A stretch of DNA of 64,000 nucleotides from Hymenobacteraceae bacterium (lineage in GTDB: Bacteria > Bacteroidota > Bacteroidia > Cytophagales > Hymenobacteraceae): NCBI GenBank assembly GCA_022701825.1, contig JAKONR010000544.1, positions 1,825 to 65,824 of the forward strand, read 5' to 3'. Below, piece by piece: positions 21,801-28,831 of this stretch. Both the position numbers and the translations under genes were made by a program. The notes under the pieces are model-generated. The model did no database searches. It saw only the letters and a program-made list of their open reading frames with translations, and was not told the origin of the DNA. Numbering within the stretch: position 1 is the stretch's first letter; each line of letters opens with the position of its first letter.

Positions 21801-24175
21801 GCGACACCACGCAGCGCTTGTTGCCTGCCCGACAACTGGACTTCCAGGATCCCAATATGCGAGAGATCTTCGACCAAACCCACAACTTGGGCAACTGGGT
21901 GGTCAACTACGACGAACTGCTGGACCGCCGCCAGCTGATGGACCGCAAAGTGCGGGTCATTCGCTACAAGCAGTCTTCCACCCAGGGTCGTAACTTAATC
22001 GTTTCCTCCACAGCTTCCCTGGGCTTATTGCACTCCATGGTGCAGCGGCGCATCGGCAGCCTGCAGTTGGATTTGGACGCCGGGGCACAGAAGCAGCTCA
22101 CCGATCGGTTCATTGAAGAGGCCAATAGCATTTCCGGGGACATTGTCCTGCGGGCGGCGCGGCGCGGGCGCAACGCCAGTGAACTCATGGGCGTGGTGCT
22201 GAGCGCGTACCTGATTCAGCACGAAATGCGCGTCTTCAACGGCGGGGTCCCGGGTCAATACGGCTGGTACTTCCTCGACGATTATGCCGAGTGGTTGGGG
22301 CAGCGCGAAGAGCAAATGGCCGACATTCTCATGCTCACCCCCAGCGTTGGGCCCGAAGGCGAACTGCGCCTAAGCATCGTGGTGAGTGAAGCCAAATTCA
22401 TCGATCGCGGCTCCTTGCATGCCAGCGCCAGCAAGTCGCGTAATCAGTTGCGCGACACCCTCAAGCGCATTAACGACGCCCTTTTCGGCACTCCGGAGCG
22501 CCTGGACCGGGCCTTGTGGCTGGCGCGCCTGTCGGACCTGATCCTCGACGGGGTGCAGTTCACCGCCGGCTCCAACATCAACCTGGCCGATTGGCGCATG
22601 GCCATCCGCAAGGGCGAGTGTTACATTAGCCTGCGGGGGTATTCTCACGTGTTCGTGTCCGGTCCGGAAGACGACCCGCTGGATGCCGACTTCGTGCATG
22701 TAGCCGAAGTCAACGAGGCCTACCAGGAAGTATTCAGTTGGAACCAGGTGCGGTCCATGGTGTCGACGTATGCCGCAAAAGGAAATCCGCAGCCCGTACG
22801 CCTGGAAAAGGGGAACCCACAGGTGTGGAAATCGCAAACGTTCACCAAAGCCGCGGGCTGCATTCAGCCGGGCAAGCCCGGCCAGCTGGTGGTTGCCACC
22901 CCCGATAAAAAAGCTTCCGCTCCAAAAGGGGGCACCCCGCACGTGGCTCCGGTCCTTCCAGTGGAGCCGCCGACAGACAAGCACGTCAATCCTATCGCCT
23001 CCATAGATGCCTCTGTCTCGCCATGGGCTTATCCCAGCATTCAACAGCTGGTGCCGGCCAACATGGGAGAGCAAACCGTGAGCCCGGCCGAAGTGGAGTG
23101 GCTTGGTGTTGTCGCGCAGCGCACGAAAGCGGCCCTGCAGGGCTTCAATCTGAACGCGCGTTTGTTGACCCAAAAGTTGACGCCCAATGCCGCGCTTCTC
23201 ACTTTCCAAGGCAGCGCCAACCTAACCGTCGACCAGGTCCTGAAAAGGCAAGTGGAGTTCAAGACCACTTACGGGTTGAGCGTGGTCTCCGTGCGGCCGG
23301 AAGCGGGTGCCATCTCCTTGGCCATTGAACGGCCCAACCGCCAAGTGGTGCGCCTGGAAGATATCTGGGGCCGCTGGACGCCCAACTCCGTCAAAGGCAA
23401 CCAAACCCTGCCCATTGCCATCCGGGAAGACAATGGCGAATTGCTGTTCCTTTCCCCCCAAAAGAATGCCCCTCACACCTTGATTGCCGGTTCCACGGGC
23501 AGTGGCAAGTCGGTGCTGGTGCAAAACATTATCTTGAGCATCGCCGCCACCAACACCCCGGCGCAGGCGCAGTTGATCATCATCGACCCCAAGCAGGGGG
23601 TAGACTACTTCGCCTTGGAGCCCCTGCCGCACGTCAAAGGCGGGGCCATTATTGTGGATCAGGAAGCGGCCTTGGAGGAGCTCACGCTACTGGTCGAAGA
23701 AATGGAGGCCCGCTACCGGCGCTTCCGGGAAACCCGCGTACCCAACCTCACCACGTACAATGCCCGCGTAGCCCCCACGGAACAACTGCCCGTGATCTGG
23801 TTGGTGCACGACGAATTCGCGGATTGGATGCAAATCGACGAATATAAGCAGGCCGTCACTGCCATCGTGGCGCGCCTGGGGGTCAAGGCCCGCGCCGCCG
23901 GCATCTACTTGGTGTTCGCCGCCCAGCGGCCCGACGCCAACGTGATGCCCATGCAGCTGCGCGCCAACTTGGGCAACCGCTTGATTTTGCGCGTGGACTC
24001 GGAAGGCACCTCCGAAATTGCGTTGGGCCTGAAGGGCGCGGAGCGTCTACTAGGAAAAGGGCACCTGCTGGCAAAGCTGGAAGGCGAACCCGATTTGCTC
24101 TTCGGCCAAGTGCCATTCATTCAAGACGAAGTCATCGAAGAGTTGGTCAACTTGATGGGGGTAGCCCCAGTGTAA
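18839..24175 (+). CDS. sspH: SspH/DptH-like protein with C-terminal FtsK/SpoIIIE ATPase
   Basis: 1778 aa; PHTLIAGSTGSGKS, IIDPKQG, VHDEFAD and KARAAGIYLVFAAQRP; possible PD-(D/E)xK segment (ADIL...SEAKF). Confidence 0.78.
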   Translation: MEMSTVESTLLVDTELTAATLIGQVASHYLRNRIKGNEAESGTARFILDQLRGEQMAAIARAILDDDFLAQRVQIQLPASKLAPYVAEYALPEDILTTLRATYLRNAECLLPALLLANTGDDEAQSLNLIEPIGSAVLLSQPDLWVEAASEGLNLPAEQLEIWERILRALMDLSIRSLPHVAEYVLRTRREILDGSALFFALGAALPALAMPRDTSLFANVPEKYYGQQSRWKGLFQDAYKKRAPYLRKQTPAQTLLTGANLRAAYSRVKDAIIPSYHPAIEAFIASDGQWNASAKALAECEWEEIKPLFDGLRRERLNLGTLTRNFYNDRDPDLLSSDEREYLKSLIQRNPSSANDDDRTFYEQHRHQIVEERTLKAAWDKFAFGRPQECEDFLAGVALCLERLSVEDYSTNRRLKIRCDAKTPLLLRKLNSDAWQYFAARYYGLKQLFGAQVEWEVGELFNYAKLMKEWDGRYSRNRSEARAALQLKFTIELQMDSVVDGQASGSTNSLTQLIWNFTPNKATREFAPDWDRLVAYTMGTSPVAPMVLCTAGREAISAKGRFQSVNLSDVRTLTPAFGQNRGSFVGPNKAGNNLAKKWEANLKIARIDNMISPAVEQELTAAWQAFKQLYTQAITGFKAEGLACPALLEQGQAYARLLNLISEKALGDRNRELLLLPLLRIGSVTISGDSSTEIITPWHPLRMIAMAVKARRIHELIKSYINEPEVRFGDAGRMFFKDLRDELDHAFYPEVVLGRYESKPQLLALTDTCGDYTLHESPVANGIETSDNPTESSKRVAELVARYLSLQPHESANLSVVLYNCDSARLPQAVVDRIGAMHEEEEDVRCQIVLRHHDSSKLHPLYERIVEASDSDPDAYSASEATRDFMARLRIGISADQAPTPNEKDGPPNDIVFLQDVIARHATVEWYKENAQVVPLMDLIPAQWSRRRPSPAGNMKSVVYLCCPAQSTEGWAYLTAITTLVKGDWDGDTTQRLLPARQLDFQDPNMREIFDQTHNLGNWVVNYDELLDRRQLMDRKVRVIRYKQSSTQGRNLIVSSTASLGLLHSMVQRRIGSLQLDLDAGAQKQLTDRFIEEANSISGDIVLRAARRGRNASELMGVVLSAYLIQHEMRVFNGGVPGQYGWYFLDDYAEWLGQREEQMADILMLTPSVGPEGELRLSIVVSEAKFIDRGSLHASASKSRNQLRDTLKRINDALFGTPERLDRALWLARLSDLILDGVQFTAGSNINLADWRMAIRKGECYISLRGYSHVFVSGPEDDPLDADFVHVAEVNEAYQEVFSWNQVRSMVSTYAAKGNPQPVRLEKGNPQVWKSQTFTKAAGCIQPGKPGQLVVATPDKKASAPKGGTPHVAPVLPVEPPTDKHVNPIASIDASVSPWAYPSIQQLVPANMGEQTVSPAEVEWLGVVAQRTKAALQGFNLNARLLTQKLTPNAALLTFQGSANLTVDQVLKRQVEFKTTYGLSVVSVRPEAGAISLAIERPNRQVVRLEDIWGRWTPNSVKGNQTLPIAIREDNGELLFLSPQKNAPHTLIAGSTGSGKSVLVQNIILSIAATNTPAQAQLIIIDPKQGVDYFALEPLPHVKGGAIIVDQEAALEELTLLVEEMEARYRRFRETRVPNLTTYNARVAPTEQLPVIWLVHDEFADWMQIDEYKQAVTAIVARLGVKARAAGIYLVFAAQRPDANVMPMQLRANLGNRLILRVDSEGTSEIALGLKGAERLLGKGHLLAKLEGEPDLLFGQVPFIQDEVIEELVNLMGVAPV

Positions 24176-24272
24176 AATGAATAGACATTCATAAATCCCT
24201 TCGTTTAAGCAGATTTACTCTTTGCTAAACCAAGGAATTATGCGTTTATAATTCTGCTTAAAGTAATCCTTC

Positions 24273-25376
24273 ATGCAAATTCCGGGCAGTGCGCGCGTCG
24301 ATGTTCACAAGCTGGCCGCGGTGTTCGGGGACGTCACCAATTCGTACAAATTTTATTGGCTGTTGAGCATCCTCGATAGCCTACAGGAGCGGCAAGAATC
24401 GCGCATGTCCATGCAGGATCTGTCCTTGCGCATGCTGGCGCGGGTGTGGTACCCGCTGGACTTTTTTAAACTCTCCTTTGGCAAGCAAGACAGTTTCAAA
24501 TCAGTAGCGGCCCGAATTTCAACTATCATCCAAGTTGACAACCGCCCCTCAGCGCCCAACCTGTATGCCCAACTGCGTGCCCAACTTTCTCCCGAAGAGC
24601 TTGCCCCGTTAGTGGGCGCCACGCGCCGCCTGCTGGACTGGGTACCATACCGGTTCATACGACCTTTTTTTGCACTCGAAACTAGGGGCTTGCCGGATCA
24701 GCGCGTCAATGCCTTGGTGACGCAATTAACCAATGGCTCCTTTCGCGCTCCCTATCGCATCGAAGGAGACTTCATTAAGCTGCACGAGCCCTGGCGGGAT
24801 TACTTCCAGGAGCATCAGCTGATCTTGCGAGCTTACACCCAGTGGCACATCGTCCGATTTCTGCAGAAGCACAATCCCCACGTCATCGGCCTTCCCCAGA
24901 AGCTAGAAAAGCCGGGTCCAGAGCAACGCAAGCTGGCGACGGCCAAACGATTTTGGCAGTCTTACTTAGCGAACACCAGCAATTTGGCGTGCATTTATTC
25001 CGGACAGGAGGTGAACCTCAGCAACATGAGCTTGGATCACTTTCTGCCCTGGTCGTACGTAGTTCACGACCTGCTGTGGAACATTGTTCCCGTTCCCAAG
25101 GCAGTTAATTCGGCAAAAAGCGATTGGCTCCCGGCGTGGGAATACTTTCCGGGCTTCGCTAAGCTGCAGTACGCAGCCCTTTCCTATCATCTAAGGCAAC
25201 CGTCCCACGAGCGTTTGCTGGAGGACTACTCCCTCTTATTGGCTCCGCATTTTCGGGACCTGCATCAGTTATCATTTGCCCAGTTCGAAGAGCAATTAGC
25301 CGAACAAATATTGCCTCAACTGCAAATGGCGCAAAACCTGGGATTTGTATACCCTTTTACCTATTCCTCCCGATAA
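24273..25376 (+). CDS. HNH endonuclease with N-terminal SYK-x-x-x-L domain
   Basis: TNSYKFYWLLSIL; CIYSG...SLDHFLPWS...LLWNIVPVPKAVNSAKSD. Confidence 0.82.
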   Translation: MQIPGSARVDVHKLAAVFGDVTNSYKFYWLLSILDSLQERQESRMSMQDLSLRMLARVWYPLDFFKLSFGKQDSFKSVAARISTIIQVDNRPSAPNLYAQLRAQLSPEELAPLVGATRRLLDWVPYRFIRPFFALETRGLPDQRVNALVTQLTNGSFRAPYRIEGDFIKLHEPWRDYFQEHQLILRAYTQWHIVRFLQKHNPHVIGLPQKLEKPGPEQRKLATAKRFWQSYLANTSNLACIYSGQEVNLSNMSLDHFLPWSYVVHDLLWNIVPVPKAVNSAKSDWLPAWEYFPGFAKLQYAALSYHLRQPSHERLLEDYSLLLAPHFRDLHQLSFAQFEEQLAEQILPQLQMAQNLGFVYPFTYSSR

Positions 25377-26012
25377 TTGATACCGAAAGCTTTAACCTGC
25401 ATGATCTCTCTTCGGGGTTAACGCAGCTGATGCACGCTATTAATCCGGGCATCCGCGATCGCAGGAAGGCTGTTCTTTCTTATAAATATTTAGTATATTA
25501 TAAGATATTAATTAACCAATAATTTGGGTTTTACAGTTAAATCTTCACCTAGCTGCGCCTAATGCGCTACATGGGAATTAAGAAAAGACAGCATCATGAG
25601 GCGTTTTATAAAGCAGAAATTACCTCCCGCTTTTCTCGACTCAAAACGGTCTATCAATTCCGCACCCTGGCCAGATACAGCGCTATAATGCAGGGATGGT
25701 CTATGACTTGGAGCAGCGGCTGCCCGGGAGTTTGCTGAGTTGGCATATCGGCCCCTCTCCTCTTTTTCGGGGTATACGGAGTGAGGGATACCACCCCCAT
25801 CCTAGCAGCATTGCCACGAGGCACCTTCTTTTTGAAAAGTGGGGTGGACATTTGAGGTGATCAGTTCTGGTGTAGTTTATGAAAATAAAGCCCCTCATAG
25901 CTACACACGTAGCGGACGAAATTCGGCGGTTGAATATGCAAGGAGGGTACAATTAATGGCTTTGCAAGCTACATCCAGCCACGCGCTGATGCATAGCCAA
26001 TGCACCCGCTAG

Positions 26013-26714
26013 CTACCCCCTATTCATCCGCCGCAGTTCCTCGGGAGATAATGGTGGATTTTGCCGATGCAACATCGCGTGGCAGTTAGGACAGACAGGG
26101 ACTAAGTCCGTTAACGGGTCAAGTGTATATGGACCCTCTGCCGCAGAAATGGAAACGGGCGTAAGGTGATGCACATGAATAAACCTGTGCCCGATGCTAC
26201 CATAAACCTGCTCGAAGTTGATGGTGCAAACCTTACAAGTATAGCCGAGAGAAGCTAAGCACGCCGCCCGTGCATAAGGATTCCGCTCATAACGTGTCTG
26301 CGTAACCTGCCGTGCGCCCTCCTCAACAAATGCAGGCACCTCCTCCACAAACCGGGGAACGTAGCCCGGTTGTGTAAGAAACTTAAACCAAGCCTCTTCC
26401 AGCTCCTGCACTATCTGAACATTAGACAACGGAATTCCAGAGGACATAGGAGTCCAATTCTGCTCGCCTAGCCGGCCTCCCCGCAGTTGGTCAACTAATA
26501 AGATCTCTTCGCTGTCCGAATTTAACAGCACATCTAATTCAAGTGTGACCTTTTGAACTTACTTGTTTTTGCCATCCCAGTGGGGTGCTGCGAACGGTTC
26601 TGATATGACTCTGCCTGAGACCGTAATTCCTCTTGGCACAGAACCCAGTCTAACAAGGAAAACTCTATCTCCAGGCCTAATCATGCGGTAGCTAGTACAG
26701 CTCCAATCGACGCC
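26013..26714 (-). pseudogene. Degraded PUA/EVE-like + HNH (McrA-like) modification-dependent nuclease
   Basis: Same frame upstream of the 172-aa ORF reads WSCTSYRMIRPGDRVFLVRLGSVPRGITVSGRVISEPFAAPHWDGKNK, then an in-frame TAA at 26559-26561; C-terminus YERNPYAR...CKVC...IHVHH...DLVPVCPNCHAMLH; N-terminus missing. Confidence 0.8.
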
Positions 26715-26908
26715 TTTATAAGCGAATACATAACGAGAAGAATCGAGTTGCTTTAGCTAGTAAACTTACCTTTTATGCGTGGCTACCCTGTGATTCTCGC
26801 GAAGAAAATTTGCAACAACCACTTCACCTTTGAGAGATAACCTCAATCATTTACTGGCAACCTGAATAGAGAAGCGAATAGAATTGTACATCCTTTCCCT
26901 CCCAGCCA

Positions 26909-27546
26909 ATGTCCGACATTGCCCTACTAGTTTTAGAGAACCCTTGGGACGAGCCGGTGGGCGGTACTCGTCGGCTGACAGTACTACCATTCTTTGAAGG
27001 CCTGGAGCGGATACACGCGAATCTGTAGGTTTACTACTCGTCATTCCATAACCTAACGGGTATTCGCGCAGCGCTAGACCTTGACCTACAGCTTACGAAG
27101 GAGCCCCGACAGATACTCTACATCGGTTCTCATGGCCAGGGGAAGATGCTCGCCAATATCCGACTAGCTGACTTACGCCGTAGCATTCGAGCTAGAGCCG
27201 GTCGTATAGAGGGGGTCATAATCAGCTCTTGTGATGTTTGTAGTGACTCCCATGAGTTGACAAAGCTGGTGGCGGGAACTACCATCCAGTGGGCTATTGG
27301 CTACCGATGCGCTGTGTCGTGGTTCGACAGCATGGTCATAGAGTTGGCCTTTTGAATAGCCTGGCTGCGCAGCCCACCACCTATAAAAGCTCTTGGGCAT
27401 CGCTGGAGGGCTTTTTTGCAACAGCCCTCCAACTACTGAATACTCAGCATACGCTGGATCCCGTGAAAGGCACCCTAAGCGAAAACCTAACCATTGTGCT
27501 GAACTCTCGGCCAAATGCCACCCCACGAATTTTCCAGCTTAGCTAA
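26909..27546 (+). pseudogene. Caspase/CHAT-fold (DUF6642-like) protein, disrupted
   Basis: From ATG 26909: MSDIALLVLENPWD...FFEGLERIHANL*VYYSSF...ILYIGSHG...IISSC...WAIGYRCAVSWFDS; in-frame TAG at 27026-27028 and a frameshift near 27350. Confidence 0.62.
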
Positions 27547-27655
27547 GTAAGAGAAGAAATGCCCTTTTCGAATTTTTTATATCCTTTTCACTTGGGCTAT
27601 TACTCCTATATACCTTACTTTAGCGTGCTCTATTCCTGGCTAACCAATACTGTGC

Positions 27656-28831
27656 ATGAGTTTAATCAAAATCCTTGCTGCGGGCACAACATGCAAGCCA
27701 GTATCGTTTCAAAACAGCGCATTTTCCAGCATAGCCAAGGAAATTAGCATCTTAGATGTGCTTGAATCAATAAGAGACGGCTTATACTCTAAGCAGATTA
27801 GCTATCTAAGAGATTTATTAAGTACCGCACAACTTGACGAGTACAGTAAGCAGAAGAGAAACCTACCTGCCGTTACATTTTGTGGAACATTCGAAGGCCA
27901 AAGAAAAAAACAATACCTAAAGATTTATAATTCATTACTTGTCATTGATATTGACAAACTCAATAATGTCGAGTTAATAAGAGCAAGACAAATACTCAAG
28001 GCAGACTCATTTGTCTTTGCTTATTGGACCTCACCATCAAATAACGGATTAAAAGGGCTTATTGCACTACCTTACGAACAAATAGAAGAAGTTAATACCT
28101 TCCATAAAAGAGCATTTGAGCAAGTCTCAGAATATTTTTTAGAAAAATATTCTATAGCTCTAGATGAAAGTGGCAGTGATACTACCCGTCTCTGTTTTTT
28201 ATCTTCCGACCCATTACTTGAGCTAAAGGATTCTATAGAGGTATTCCCTGTTACCAAACCAAGCGAGTTTGAGACCAAAATACTAAAACAAACCAATATA
28301 AGCGGCTCTATAAAAACACATCATATCACAAGCTCTTTAAGAAATAAGCTATACAATCCATTAGGAAGAAACAACCCAAGGCACAGAAATAGAATCTATT
28401 TAGTTACAAAATTTTTACGAAAAAGAAACCTATCCATAACCAAATCTAATGAGAACTGGATTAAGGTAGCGTATGCGATTGCAAATTCCTTTACTTATGA
28501 GATAGGAGAAAAATACTTTTTAGCTTTATCTAAATTAGACCCAGATAAATTCAACGAAACTAATTGTAAAAACACATTAATTTACTGTTATAAAAACAGT
28601 GACAAAAAGATAAGCTTCAATACAATCGTCTATTTAGCTAAACAAGAAGGCTATTTAGCTTCAAGAATAAGAAGAGGGGGTAGTACTGAAGGTGGAGCTC
28701 CCAAAGAGCCTCGCAAGTTTCAGCGCCCGAGAACGGTTTTGCCGCCTGGCGCTATAAAGGCTAAGACTTTTGTCCGTATCTTAAAAAAACTCCCGGAACT
28801 ACTCTCTCTTCTCTATGAAAACGCTTCATGA
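27656..28831 (+). CDS. BT4734/VirE-N-like archaeo-eukaryotic primase-polymerase with PriCT-2 domain
   Basis: KRNLPAVTFCGTF, LVIDID (DxD), WTSPSNNGLK, LDESGSDTTRLCFLSSDP; PriCT-2-like NWIKVAYAIAN...ISFNTIVYLAKQEGY; no VirE helicase attached. Confidence 0.82.
   Translation: MSLIKILAAGTTCKPVSFQNSAFSSIAKEISILDVLESIRDGLYSKQISYLRDLLSTAQLDEYSKQKRNLPAVTFCGTFEGQRKKQYLKIYNSLLVIDIDKLNNVELIRARQILKADSFVFAYWTSPSNNGLKGLIALPYEQIEEVNTFHKRAFEQVSEYFLEKYSIALDESGSDTTRLCFLSSDPLLELKDSIEVFPVTKPSEFETKILKQTNISGSIKTHHITSSLRNKLYNPLGRNNPRHRNRIYLVTKFLRKRNLSITKSNENWIKVAYAIANSFTYEIGEKYFLALSKLDPDKFNETNCKNTLIYCYKNSDKKISFNTIVYLAKQEGYLASRIRRGGSTEGGAPKEPRKFQRPRTVLPPGAIKAKTFVRILKKLPELLSLLYENAS
28670..28812 (+). ncRNA. Putative RT-associated structured ncRNA nested in the primase 3' end
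   Basis: 15-bp closing stem 28670-28684 with 28798-28812 (13 Watson-Crick + 2 G-U) enclosing three hairpin regions; GC-richer than the AT-rich flanks; ends 2 nt before the RT ATG. Confidence 0.62.

Noticed and set aside
1304-24120. Many long antisense or alternate-frame ORFs (for example 1304-2122, 4293-5111, 9055-9663, 22370-23209)
   Set aside because: Shadow ORFs expected opposite GC-rich genes; no recognisable motifs.
18839-24175. Housekeeping FtsK or conjugative coupling protein
   Set aside because: No N-terminal TM segments or gamma domain, and no relaxase or T4SS genes nearby; the context is sspFG.
25478-25530. Very AT-rich tract as a replication origin
   Set aside because: No Rep gene or iterons adjacent; more likely promoter or spacer DNA.
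28631-28660. TATTTAGCT direct repeat just upstream of the putative ncRNA
   Set aside because: Only two 9-bp copies, encoding YLA twice in AT-rich coding sequence; plausibly chance.
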